A stretch of 45,951 nucleotides of DNA from Bdellovibrionia bacterium (GTDB taxonomy: Bacteria; Bdellovibrionota; UBA1018). The notes beneath the pieces are model-generated. The model saw only the letters and a list, made by a program, of their open reading frames with translations. It made no database searches and was not told the DNA's origin. The first letter of the stretch is position 1. Each line of letters begins with the position of its first letter. The position numbers and the translations under genes were made by a program. The stretch spans positions 1 through 45,951 of the forward strand of contig JBJMMA010000234.1 of the NCBI GenBank assembly GCA_045805065.1, written 5' to 3'. Positions 9,522-19,082 of this stretch are shown in pieces.

Positions 9522-10328
9522 TCACACTTCCCGACGGTTGATTAAAAAGCCTGCAGCAATCAGGAAAACCGTGATCACAAGTGATGCATAGAGGACACTC
9601 TCGATCATGAGTCCAAATCCCACCGGAAGAGCATAGGTCAAGCGATTGCCGATGTTGAAGTATTCCAGATTCGGAGGCAGCGAAACGACAACATGCAGGA
9701 TCGATTTGAGCCCTGGCGCCTCAATCTGATTTACCACCGAGCGAAGCTCCGAAATGTTCTGACCAATCAGGTAAACACCAATCGCCATGACTACAGAAAG
9801 CGAGGTCGTCGTAAAGGTGGACAGGAAAACTGTCACACCCGCCATCACAATGCTTTGAATCAATGCCAAGATCAGCGCAGGAAACAAGGCCGCATTTCCA
9901 AAAGTCTCGCCAAATCCTTGCATCAGAACCAGGATCGCGCAGTAAGCTACGGACAAAAGAAGCCAGTTCACGAACAAAACACCGGCAAGCCCCAGGAACT
10001 TTCCGCAGACAAACTGCGGGCGCGTAATCGGATGCGAAAGTGCAACATGAACCGTACGGCGCTCGAACTCGCGCCCAACCAGTCCCGCTCCCATGAAAAC
10101 CGCGATCATCGCGCAAGAGATGCTGACGGCGGACAGACCGAAATCAAGAACCACCCGCTCTGGGCGAATGAACGTCAGGCGCGAGGCCAGAAGTCCAAGC
10201 CCGAAAAGCATGAAAGCGCAAAACAAGACGTTATAAAGGATCTTGTCTCTCAGAATTTCGGAGAAGGTCACTTTGGCGATTGCGGGAGCGACATCTTTCC
10301 ATGCTGGAACATGCGAGGTTGTGTTCAT
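9522..10328 (-). CDS. pilI: ABC transporter permease, PilI-like
   Basis: About six TMs, REFERRT..ALS.PI.R..F..GKFLG; lies between pilH and pilD as in myxobacterial pil clusters. Confidence 0.85.
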   Translation of the reverse strand: MNTTSHVPAWKDVAPAIAKVTFSEILRDKILYNVLFCAFMLFGLGLLASRLTFIRPERVVLDFGLSAVSISCAMIAVFMGAGLVGREFERRTVHVALSHPITRPQFVCGKFLGLAGVLFVNWLLLSVAYCAILVLMQGFGETFGNAALFPALILALIQSIVMAGVTVFLSTFTTTSLSVVMAIGVYLIGQNISELRSVVNQIEAPGLKSILHVVVSLPPNLEYFNIGNRLTYALPVGFGLMIESVLYASLVITVFLIAAGFLINRREV

Positions 10329-10355
10329 TTTAAATTCCTCTTCAATTCTTCTGGC

Positions 10356-11330
10356 TCAATTTCTTTGATCCAACGGAGCGGTGCCTGCCTCGTGGGACAT
10401 TTTCCCTGCCATGGCTTCAGCACTCGGCTCAAAGAAGGTTTCAAGGGATGGGCGAATTGGGTTCACCCAGAGAATCTTTGCATCCAGCTGCATGAGTTTC
10501 TTGAGCGCATCGGTGACTGCGTCCTGCCCGGAAACTGTGGCTCGAATGCCATCCGAAATCTCACGAAGCTGTGAGAAATAGGCAATCGACCTTGCGCGCT
10601 CGGCGGTGATCCCGCTGAACGCGATTTCCGTTGAAAGCGGGCCTTGAGCAAGAAATTTTCCAATAGGTCCACAACCGATCAGCTGCCCTTTTTGAATGAG
10701 AGCCACCTGATCGCAAATTGCCTCAACATCAGGAATGACGTGCGAGCTGAAGAAAACAGTCCGCCCTTCAGATGCCAAGCTGACAATCAGCTCGCGCATT
10801 TCCTTGCGACCCACAGGATCAAGTCCGCTCATGGGCTCGTCGAGCACCAGGAACTCAGGATCATGCAGAATCGCCTGCGCGATCCCGATTCTTTGAAGCA
10901 TGCCCTTGGAATAGCGCCTGAGCTCCAGGTTGCGAGCATGGCTCATATTGACCGCAGCAAGCACTTGAGGAATGCGATCCATGACATGCGATGAAGGCAT
11001 GCCCGAGAGCGCGCCAAAATATTTCAAGACGCCCTCACCTGTGAGGTGCTCATGAAAATAAGGCCGCTCAGGAAGGTATCCGATGCGAGCGCGAGCCGCG
11101 GCTTCATAAGTAGGAATTCCCCGCAGTTTTACGCTTCCAGCGGTCGGCTTACGAAGCCCCACGAGCAAATGAATAAGAGTTGTCTTTCCCGCGCCGTTAG
11201 CACCTAAAAACCCAAATACGGATTTCTCAGGGACGTTCAAGCTCACGTCTTTGAGGACATGCGCCTGGGTCATCCAAAAACCTGATCTGAACTTCTGATG
11301 GACGTTCGCTACTTCGAGTATCGTTTCCAT
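10356..11330 (-). CDS. pilH: ABC transporter ATPase, PilH-like
   Basis: GANGAGKTT, YSKGMLQR, LDEPMSGLDP, SSH; position in pilGHI. Confidence 0.9.
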   Translation of the reverse strand: METILEVANVHQKFRSGFWMTQAHVLKDVSLNVPEKSVFGFLGANGAGKTTLIHLLVGLRKPTAGSVKLRGIPTYEAAARARIGYLPERPYFHEHLTGEGVLKYFGALSGMPSSHVMDRIPQVLAAVNMSHARNLELRRYSKGMLQRIGIAQAILHDPEFLVLDEPMSGLDPVGRKEMRELIVSLASEGRTVFFSSHVIPDVEAICDQVALIQKGQLIGCGPIGKFLAQGPLSTEIAFSGITAERARSIAYFSQLREISDGIRATVSGQDAVTDALKKLMQLDAKILWVNPIRPSLETFFEPSAEAMAGKMSHEAGTAPLDQRN

Positions 11331-11364
11331 AATGATTTACCTAACGTTAGAAGAATCCCAGACA

Positions 11365-12324
11365 TCAGTCCAGACCGAAGACCTTATTATGAGGAGTAGA
11401 GGTCACGATCTTCCCCTCCTGGCTGACTGAGAGCACTCCGCCCCATGGGTCGCGAGAAGGGGTGCTCGTGTTTTTCAAATACGACTCAAATTTCGACTGA
11501 AGCGATCCAGGCATGCGAGAGCGAGTTTGCAGAAAGTTCTGGAAAGAGTGATTGATCTCAAAAAGGAACTGCCCCACGACCAATGAATTTCTTTTCTTGA
11601 TCAGCTCATCTTTTGCATCTTCATTTTTTTCGCCCTGGATCATGTGATTCAAAAGGCGAAGACCCACCTCATACTCACCACCTGGGCTTTGAAGTCTTTT
11701 TTGCATACTGAGGAGAAAGTCTGGCGCTCCTGGGATCGCAGCGGCCTCCTGAATAGCCACGGCCGCATGTGGAATATCCTGTAGCTCAAACATATAAACG
11801 TATACCAAAAGGTAAGGAATTCCCCAGGAGTAGCCCCAATAGTCTTCGCGCAGCTTCGCGGGATAGCTTGATAGCTTCTCTTTTCGGAACTTCTCACCCT
11901 TCTCAAGAATATCCCTTGCTCCAGCGCCATCGTCTCGAACAACAGCAAGGAGATTAGCTCCCGCCTTATATGCGCTGAAGTTGATGGGATCGAGATCCGT
12001 GATTAGATCGAGTGTGTAGTAGATCGCCGGGTGAGTCCCCTTAGCTACATGGCTGATATTGGGATCAAGCAGAACCTGGATCCACATCCAATCAATGGCA
12101 GCAGGAAGATGCCCAAAACTGATCATCTTAAAGAGCCGCGGATCCCAGCGGTGGGCGTTCTCGGACTGCGCAGGAACCGCTACTTTATTAATCTGATTAA
12201 TGTATAGATTTAAGGAAACTTGCAAGGCCAAGCAAAGCAATGAAGCCGCAATCGGCAGAACCACTGCCCCCAGCCCCGCAAAGCCACGCCGATTCGATTG
12301 CGATTCTGAAGTCATTGCAGACAC
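11365..12324 (-). CDS. pilG: PilG-like (myxobacterial type) membrane-anchored protein
   Basis: N-terminal TM, D..WIQ, ITDLDP, C-terminal DPWGG motif; lies between pilA and pilH. Start may be ATG 12315. Confidence 0.7.
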   Translation of the reverse strand: MSAMTSESQSNRRGFAGLGAVVLPIAASLLCLALQVSLNLYINQINKVAVPAQSENAHRWDPRLFKMISFGHLPAAIDWMWIQVLLDPNISHVAKGTHPAIYYTLDLITDLDPINFSAYKAGANLLAVVRDDGAGARDILEKGEKFRKEKLSSYPAKLREDYWGYSWGIPYLLVYVYMFELQDIPHAAVAIQEAAAIPGAPDFLLSMQKRLQSPGGEYEVGLRLLNHMIQGEKNEDAKDELIKKRNSLVVGQFLFEINHSFQNFLQTRSRMPGSLQSKFESYLKNTSTPSRDPWGGVLSVSQEGKIVTSTPHNKVFGLD

Positions 12325-12425
12325 CCCTGTTCGTCCTAAACTTTATAGCAATTATGTGTAGGCAATAAAATTACACCACTGCCATTACATAAATCAATCG
12401 CTTGAAGATCCACAACTTGCGCAAT

Positions 12426-12439
12426 GTCAATCTTTTGAC
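12426..12439. promoter_or_regulatory. Inverted repeat in the pilG/pilA divergent intergenic region
   Basis: GTCAA-TCTT-TTGAC; a further TGTCAA half-site at 12448-12453. Confidence 0.4.
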
Positions 12440-12463
12440 GATGAATGTGTCAATAGATACCCA

Positions 12464-12491
12464 TTGTTCTTCGCTTCATCTTTGTTAGAAT
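12464..12491 (+). promoter_or_regulatory. Putative sigma70 extended -10 promoter for pilA
   Basis: TTGTTC-N16-TAGAAT with TG at 12483-12484 (TGn-TAGAAT). Confidence 0.5.
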
Positions 12492-12564
12492 TTTTATTGC
12501 ACATCCTCAAAATGAAATTTGAGTGTAACCCTCGGAACGTCGTCGGTACGTAAGGAGCAATCTA

Positions 12565-13158
12565 ATGAAAAAGAGAAGTATGTCTTTATTGGGCAACTCT
12601 TCTGGCTTTACGCTGGTTGAGCTCATGGTCGTCGTCGCAATCATCGGCATCTTGGCCGCAGTCGCGATTCCTAACTATCAAAAATATCAAGCGAAGGCTC
12701 GCCAAAGCGAAGCCAAGATCGCATTGGCTGGTATTTTCACCGCTGAGAAGTCTTTCAACTCTGAGAAGGGCTCCTACACCGGATGCTTGCGCCAAGCTGG
12801 ATTTGTTCCTGAAGGTGCAAATCGTTACTACACCGTTGGCTTCTTGAAAGCCACGGCGGATGGCGCAGGCTGCGGTCCAGCGGCTGGCCATAACTGCAAC
12901 GTGTTTGATTACAATGGTAGCGCGACCTGCGATACTACCACTCCATCCTCAGCAGCCACCTCGCTGCAATACGACGCAACCTATGGCGCTACCGCCAAAG
13001 TTGGAGCTAGTGCGGTCAGCTACACTCTTCCAGCCGGTGCACTCAGCCAAAACGCGTTCACCGCAAGCGCTTCTGGTAACGTTGCCAACGTGACGACCAT
13101 GGACCTTTGGTCGATGAATGACAACAAGGTCCTCGCTAACACCACTTCGGGCATCTAA
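12565..13158 (+). CDS. pilA: Type IVa major pilin
   Basis: 14-aa leader, G|FTLVELMVVVAIIGILAAVAIP with E5, KARQSEAK; strong TAAGGAG RBS; own terminator. Confidence 0.97.
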   Translation: MKKRSMSLLGNSSGFTLVELMVVVAIIGILAAVAIPNYQKYQAKARQSEAKIALAGIFTAEKSFNSEKGSYTGCLRQAGFVPEGANRYYTVGFLKATADGAGCGPAAGHNCNVFDYNGSATCDTTTPSSAATSLQYDATYGATAKVGASAVSYTLPAGALSQNAFTASASGNVANVTTMDLWSMNDNKVLANTTSGI

Positions 13159-13187
13159 GCTTAATTGCTTATTTGAGCGAAAGATCG

Positions 13188-13221
13188 ACCGGGGAAACAG
13201 AACTGTTTCCCCGGTTTTTTT
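13188..13221 (+). terminator. Intrinsic terminator of pilA
   Basis: ACCGGGGAAACA-GAAC-TGTTTCCCCGGT followed by a T run. Confidence 0.9.
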
Positions 13222-13272
13222 ATTGGCCAATTCCAAATTTGAACTTCTAACTGAATAAAGTAACGTGTTGAA

Positions 13273-15123
13273 ATGGACTGCTTTTGCGATTTCGCACGTC
13301 AGACTAACTTAGCAAAACGGACTTGGCTTTTTCGATTCATCCTGATGTCCCTTGCCTCTCCATGGACACTCGAAGTCACGAGAACAAGGCCAAGCCTATT
13401 AAATTTCCTAGGCTACCTTTCAGTACTTGCTGCTACCTTGGCAAGCATCAACACACTTTTACTTTGCATGGCTTATGGGATGCAGCGATGTCGCATTCCC
13501 TCAAAGCTTACCCAGAAAATCGTTCTCACGATCGAGTCGATCATAAGTCTTGGCTTTGTTCTGGATACGGCTTTATACATCAAAATGGGACTGCATCTCG
13601 ATGATCCAGTCGTAAGCAACGCTTTCCGGGTTAAATTTTCAAACCTGGGATTTAAAGTCGATGCCTGGTCCATTTCCTCAATAGGATTGATATTCATTGC
13701 CCTTTTAGGAATCCACTACTGGCTGCGAAACAAGTCGCTATTTAGTTCAAAGCCCTTACCGAAATCATCAATGGATCTCAGGGAAGCTTTGGCAATAGCT
13801 ATCCTCAGCGCCATGGGCTGCTGCATTCTTTTTATTCCCAGTATCAACTCCACCGTTAAGAGAATGACTCCATTGGAGGCAATCCCCTTTCAATCCGCCG
13901 CCTACAGCATCACGGAAGGATTTCCTCACCCTCGCGCAAATCATCTCAAATCGGAAACTCTTTCCTATCAATGGAAGATGGGGCGCAAGCCCGACATTGT
14001 CTTCATTTTCTCAGATGGATTACGCTACGATGTCCTGGAATCAGATGCGGCCGCCACTCTTAGAGCCCTCTCACACGACAAAAGCTGCGTGAGCCCTGAG
14101 CGCCACTATGCCGGAAGTCACATGACGCACGTCGGAGTGTTTGCAGCTCTCTTTGGAATGGACCCGTACTACTATTCGTCGTTTGTGGAGAGCCACGTTC
14201 GACCGCTCCCCCTTCGCATCTTGAAAGACAACGGATATGAAAGGGCGATTTTCGATAGTTCTGGAATCGCTTCCTATGTTCCGCCCATTGTTGAAAAATC
14301 TGACTTCGATTTATACCGCGACTACTCGGACTCTGACGACCGCGCGACGAGTGACGAGCAAGCGGTAACTGATTTTTTGCGTGAATTGAATCGCAAAGAC
14401 CGAGACAAACCGCTCTTCTCGTTCCTGTTCCTGTATTCCACGCACGATCCTTATTACTCGAAAGAAAGCCAAAACCGCCTGTTAAGTCATGACTCGACAT
14501 CAGGACCAAGCGCTAAATTTCGATACCTTCAAAGCGTTAAACACGTGGATCAACTGGTGCACAAGCTTACTGATTCGCTTGAGTCCAGGATCCAAGAAGG
14601 CAAATTGATCCTTGCCATCAGTGGCGATCACGGAGAGGGCTTCGGAGAAGCTGGAGTAGGTGGTCATGCGACCCTTCATCCGAGTGACACTTTAATCAGG
14701 GTTCCCATGATTCTTTGTGGCGTTCCAGGCGCCCGAAAAAACACCAAGCTTGCGACGCATGCGGATCTATGGCCCAGCATTTTTGAGTTACTGGCAGACA
14801 AGGACAAATCTGCTTCCACGCCCAAAAGCCCCACTTGGTTAAGTGGCCACCCTGTTTTTGCAAACGAGGAGCGAAATCTCGCAATTGTCTCAGCCGGATG
14901 GTTTCCTACCGCCAGCCGAGAGATCCTGGTCATTTCGGGGCAACGGAAATATAAACTCGAGCTATCAGCGCCCAACGTAAAGGAGCTGCGGCTGGTTTCG
15001 GTTTTTGATTCAGAGGGAAATCCATTGCCCCTGAACGAAAACGAGGCAAAAACCTATCGCCAAATCGAGCCTCATTTTCAAACAGAGTTTGGTAAATATT
15101 TCGACTCCGAAGACAGGCGCTAA
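13273..15123 (+). CDS. Membrane-anchored alkaline-phosphatase/sulfatase-superfamily protein (YejM/LtaS-like)
   Basis: N-terminal TMs; PDIVFIFSDGLRYD, HYAGSHMT (Thr at the expected nucleophile position), STHDPY, SGDHGE, THADLWP. Start uncertain. Confidence 0.85.
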   Translation: MDCFCDFARQTNLAKRTWLFRFILMSLASPWTLEVTRTRPSLLNFLGYLSVLAATLASINTLLLCMAYGMQRCRIPSKLTQKIVLTIESIISLGFVLDTALYIKMGLHLDDPVVSNAFRVKFSNLGFKVDAWSISSIGLIFIALLGIHYWLRNKSLFSSKPLPKSSMDLREALAIAILSAMGCCILFIPSINSTVKRMTPLEAIPFQSAAYSITEGFPHPRANHLKSETLSYQWKMGRKPDIVFIFSDGLRYDVLESDAAATLRALSHDKSCVSPERHYAGSHMTHVGVFAALFGMDPYYYSSFVESHVRPLPLRILKDNGYERAIFDSSGIASYVPPIVEKSDFDLYRDYSDSDDRATSDEQAVTDFLRELNRKDRDKPLFSFLFLYSTHDPYYSKESQNRLLSHDSTSGPSAKFRYLQSVKHVDQLVHKLTDSLESRIQEGKLILAISGDHGEGFGEAGVGGHATLHPSDTLIRVPMILCGVPGARKNTKLATHADLWPSIFELLADKDKSASTPKSPTWLSGHPVFANEERNLAIVSAGWFPTASREILVISGQRKYKLELSAPNVKELRLVSVFDSEGNPLPLNENEAKTYRQIEPHFQTEFGKYFDSEDRR

Positions 15124-15226
15124 CACATTTAGTATAAGCAGTTTTGCATTTGCAGCTCGCCTGTCGCGCCTACTCTTTGCACACCTCGCTCAGAAACTAA
15201 CTTTTGCAATCAAGCGAGGAACTGCA

Positions 15227-16390
15227 ATGGCAATCAATCTATTCAAGGACAAAGGCGCTCCTCTTCAAAACCAGAAGTTCACATGGAAAGAATTAGTGCA
15301 GCCGCCTGTCAGTAAACTGGACGATGACGCATTCACAAAGGTCCGCGTTATCTTATTGAACGGCATTGAGCTTGAAGCGCTCCGCTTTAGTCACGTCTTT
15401 TCTCGCACGCATCGAGACCTGCAATTACCTTTGGCAAGGCTCCGTCGTGTTGAGCAACATCAGGCTACAATGGTCAATTGGCTCCTCGGCGCTGATATGT
15501 CTCCTTTGGAAACAACTATTGCCTATGAGCAAGTGGCCATTGAAGTGACTGCTTCAATCGCTCGCAAAGAGCCCAATGCATATCTCGCTCAGGTTTATCG
15601 ATACGGGCTGCTCGAAGACTTCGATCATATGTATCGTTACTCCGCTTTGATGGATCGGGTTGAAGGCAAAGACGCCAACAACATCCTTCAAAGCTATACC
15701 GATATCATTCCGGGCCGTCCAACCGTCGAAGAGCATCGCGATCCAGAGGACGAGATCAGAAATTACTACGATAAAACGAAAGCCGATCCGATCACCAAGC
15801 TTCATGCAATGACACTTGTCGCTGGCGAGTATCAAACCCATGACTATTACATGAACATCGGCCCGACTTTTACGGATCCAACGGCGCGCCAGCTCTACGG
15901 CGAGATTGCATCGATCGAAGAGCAGCACGTCACACAATATGAGTCCATCATCGATCCGACCGAATCATGGATGGAAAAATGGCTCCTTCATGAAGCCAAC
16001 GAAGTCTATAACTATTATAGCTGCGTTGAGTCCGAAACCAACCCACGCATCAAAGCAATCTGGGAGCGATTCCTGGACTATGAGCTTGGCCACTTCCAAA
16101 TGGCCTGCGAGTACTTCAAGAAATACGAAAACCGTGACCCAGCCGAAATCATCTCTGGAACACTGCCGAGTCCGATCGAGTACGTCAGCAACCGCGAGTT
16201 TGTTCGCGCCACGCTCGAAAAAGAAGTCGATCTCCGAGCCAAGGGACCCAACTTCGTCCCACGCGATCAAGACAGCGAAGCATCGATTGCATACCGCAAG
16301 CAACTCAACTCCGAGGGCTCGCCTAGCGAAACCGTGGCCGCAGGATACATCTGGACTCCAGGCACTGAGCTCGCCAAAAAGGCTGCATAA
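15227..16390 (+). CDS. Ferritin-like superfamily protein with repeated carboxylate/His motifs
   Basis: ATG 15227 after GAGGA RBS; helical acidic protein with EDFDH, EEQH, ELGH motifs. Confidence 0.7.
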   Translation: MAINLFKDKGAPLQNQKFTWKELVQPPVSKLDDDAFTKVRVILLNGIELEALRFSHVFSRTHRDLQLPLARLRRVEQHQATMVNWLLGADMSPLETTIAYEQVAIEVTASIARKEPNAYLAQVYRYGLLEDFDHMYRYSALMDRVEGKDANNILQSYTDIIPGRPTVEEHRDPEDEIRNYYDKTKADPITKLHAMTLVAGEYQTHDYYMNIGPTFTDPTARQLYGEIASIEEQHVTQYESIIDPTESWMEKWLLHEANEVYNYYSCVESETNPRIKAIWERFLDYELGHFQMACEYFKKYENRDPAEIISGTLPSPIEYVSNREFVRATLEKEVDLRAKGPNFVPRDQDSEASIAYRKQLNSEGSPSETVAAGYIWTPGTELAKKAA

Positions 16391-16408
16391 ACATCGAGGG
16401 AACCACAT

Positions 16409-17161
16409 ATGGAACAAACAAAAAAACTGGGAATGAACAAAACCGGGATTGATATGGCTCCCATCGAATCAAAAAAGATGATTCAGGGAACAGAGGAACT
16501 GAGCCGCCCACGCGTGCCTCAGGGCGATCAAACCGCCGTGTCACAGAATCGCATCCGCATGATCAAAGAATCAGAATATCCGGTTGGAAGCGTACCTATG
16601 CCAGGCACCATGAAGGGCGCGCTGAAGACTGGAATGCAGATGCTCCAGGGAAACGATGCGAAGATCCTCATCGATAAACTGGGAGAGCGACTCGCATTTG
16701 AACGGGCAGGCGTCCGTCTTTACGATGCATTGATCAGTAAACATCTGGCATCTGAAGATCAGGCTGCGCTTCCTCCCATTGACCGTATTCAGGAAATCCG
16801 AAACGAAGAACTTCGCCACTTCCATTTGGTTGCGGACGTGATGCGCCAGCTGGGTGCGGATCCTACAGCACAGACCCCGTCAGCAGACGTGATCGGGGTT
16901 GCATCGATGGGCATTCAAAAAGTGGCGACCGAAGCTCGCATGGGCTTTTCGGACACGCTTTGCGCCATTCTCACCGCTGAGCTGACGGACAATGCCGGTT
17001 GGACTCTTTTGATTCAGCTGGCTCAGGAAGCTGGATTAAAAGATGCCGTCACGTCGTTCCAGGAAGCTCTTGCTCGCGAGCAGGAACACTTGGAAAGCGT
17101 TCAGAGTTGGGTGCAAGAGATCACTCTCAGCCAAATGCGCATGAAGAAGCAGGCTGCATAG
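16409..17161 (+). CDS. Ferritin-like di-iron domain protein
   Basis: AFERAGVRLY...EELRH and AELTDNAGW...EQEH helix pairs; GAGGG RBS. Confidence 0.85.
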   Translation: MEQTKKLGMNKTGIDMAPIESKKMIQGTEELSRPRVPQGDQTAVSQNRIRMIKESEYPVGSVPMPGTMKGALKTGMQMLQGNDAKILIDKLGERLAFERAGVRLYDALISKHLASEDQAALPPIDRIQEIRNEELRHFHLVADVMRQLGADPTAQTPSADVIGVASMGIQKVATEARMGFSDTLCAILTAELTDNAGWTLLIQLAQEAGLKDAVTSFQEALAREQEHLESVQSWVQEITLSQMRMKKQAA

Positions 17162-17207
17162 TTAATTCCTCATTGCGACTCCATCTAAAGCCTTTGATAA
17201 TAGCTGG

Positions 17208-19082
17208 ATGGAGTCGCAAAAGAGGTTTTCCCTCAATCATCAGACAACGAGCACTGCAGTAGCGTGCTTTATTGTCCTGACTATCATCTATCTTCCCTGC
17301 CTCTCAGGCAGTGAATTTACAATTGATGATGAAACGTTGATTGATCTTCCCCAGCTCAAAGCTTCCTTCAGCCCTACCCTCCTCAGAACCTTATTCACGC
17401 CTGGACTACACATCGACTTCTACCCAGTACGAGACATTGTGTACTGGTTTCAAATTCATGCTCTTCAGGCCGACCCGCTTTGCCTGAACATGACTGTCTA
17501 TCGACTCTTCAGTCTGGGATTATTCTCAGGAATTCTGCTCTTTGCCGGGAGAATCCTGAAGCGACAAACCACTCATCCTTGGCTTGCGTCGCTCTACCTC
17601 GGTGCCTTTGCGCTTCTCCCCTACCATTCCGAAATGCTCATGTGGGCGAGCGCTCAAAAAGATCTGCTTGCGCTCTTATTCGGCCTCATGGCGATGGATC
17701 AAATCGATCTCTGGGTTCGCTCCGGCAATGGAAAAGGCTCGTTGCGATGGATCGCTGCGATCTTGCTTTTTGTCATGAGCTTCATGAGTAAGGCAAGCCT
17801 GGTGCTCTTACCGCCAGTTCTTTTCCTCACTTTTTGGACCAACCCTTTCAAACTGAGCCGAGAGAAAAGAAGAGCCGCGATCACTTATTCACTCGCCCTG
17901 TCGATCATTTCATGCACGTGGGCTTTATTTCAGTCCCGAGTGTACGAAAACATCAATGACATGCGTTTTTTCTATCCGCTAACTTATCGAGTCAGTGCCT
18001 CGGCAGCCGCTTTGGGTCGAGAGATTTTCGGTTTGCTATACCCAAAGCTGAATAGTGTTGATGTCGAAAACTGGGGTTCCTGGCTTCAATACAATTCGCA
18101 CTTTGTACCCGTTGGATTCATGGCTTATGCGGCTTACCTCATCATCCTTGCAATCACCTTTCGCAGGTCGAATCGTGTACTGACCCTCAGCTTACTTGCA
18201 TTAGGCGCTCTCTATCTTCCGACTTCCGGGTTGATCTTTCAGCATCGGAATTTTTACTCCACCCGATACTTCGAACCTACGCTGGTGTTCACGTTTCTTG
18301 CGACAGGATTTTTTTGGTCGCGCGTGTCGACTGAACGAATCGTAAAGTCCATAGCTTCACTATTAGTAGTCTCTACTGCGTACTCTTTTTTCTTTTCCTT
18401 TCAAGAGTCAGAAGCATGGTCTAGTCCCCGCTCTGTGATTGAGAAAAGCCTATCCAGGCACCCAGATCGGCTTTCCCTTAAGGCGTATCTGGTGACCGCG
18501 CTTAACCAGGAAAATCAGTGGGGACGATTGTCGCAGCAAGAAGTAGCGCATCTCAATCGCTTGAAAATGGAAATCCAAAATCAGTGTGGCCTTGCAGAAG
18601 GTTCAACGCCACCCATTTTGTCTGACCAAAGAGATGATTGCATCTGGTCCTGGATGGAAACGCTGCTTAATCCCAAGAATCGCGGCACTCCTGCCTTTCA
18701 GAAGGCCTCAAGCTATCTACAAGAGGTGCGAGCCCGCCTCCTTCCTGAACGCATGAAACAACTTGAACTACGCACAGAGATCCTGGAAGCATCCTATGGG
18801 ATGCGTCAAAATCTCACCGTTGAGCCATCCGCCTTGATTAGTAACTCTGGTTACGAGGCAACCCCACAAGGTAGAGCGCGCTTGATTGCAGCACTCTGCT
18901 TAACTGGCCATCCTGAAGAAGCAAAGAGTCTTGATTTGAAGTACTCGGCAATGTCTTTAATTGATACGAGCGACATCAACGAGGTCATGAGCAGCGCAGG
19001 CGAAAGATCAAAAATGCGCAGCCAACAGGATCTTGAAAAATTTCGGGCGCTTCAAAACTGCTTTCATCTCTCACACCCTTGA
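17208..19082 (+). CDS. Polytopic GT-C glycosyltransferase, TMTC/protein O-mannosyltransferase-like
   Basis: TM1 followed by F..DD, then YPVRD, P.HSE...W, SKA...LP and STRYF.P, in the order seen in TMTC-like proteins; many TMs and a helical C-terminal domain. Confidence 0.7.
   Translation: MESQKRFSLNHQTTSTAVACFIVLTIIYLPCLSGSEFTIDDETLIDLPQLKASFSPTLLRTLFTPGLHIDFYPVRDIVYWFQIHALQADPLCLNMTVYRLFSLGLFSGILLFAGRILKRQTTHPWLASLYLGAFALLPYHSEMLMWASAQKDLLALLFGLMAMDQIDLWVRSGNGKGSLRWIAAILLFVMSFMSKASLVLLPPVLFLTFWTNPFKLSREKRRAAITYSLALSIISCTWALFQSRVYENINDMRFFYPLTYRVSASAAALGREIFGLLYPKLNSVDVENWGSWLQYNSHFVPVGFMAYAAYLIILAITFRRSNRVLTLSLLALGALYLPTSGLIFQHRNFYSTRYFEPTLVFTFLATGFFWSRVSTERIVKSIASLLVVSTAYSFFFSFQESEAWSSPRSVIEKSLSRHPDRLSLKAYLVTALNQENQWGRLSQQEVAHLNRLKMEIQNQCGLAEGSTPPILSDQRDDCIWSWMETLLNPKNRGTPAFQKASSYLQEVRARLLPERMKQLELRTEILEASYGMRQNLTVEPSALISNSGYEATPQGRARLIAALCLTGHPEEAKSLDLKYSAMSLIDTSDINEVMSSAGERSKMRSQQDLEKFRALQNCFHLSHP

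Noticed and set aside
12359..12374. TAGGCAATAAAATTAC as a sigma54 promoter for pilA
   Set aside because: The -12 position reads AC rather than GC, and it lies upstream of the candidate enhancer dyad.
12607..13158. PilA as an electrically conductive e-pilin (17 F/Y/W in 183 aa, aromatics at 1, 24, 27, 50, 57)
   Set aside because: It meets the published heuristic only marginally, those positions are common in related pilins, the heuristic is contested, and the window has no cytochrome genes.
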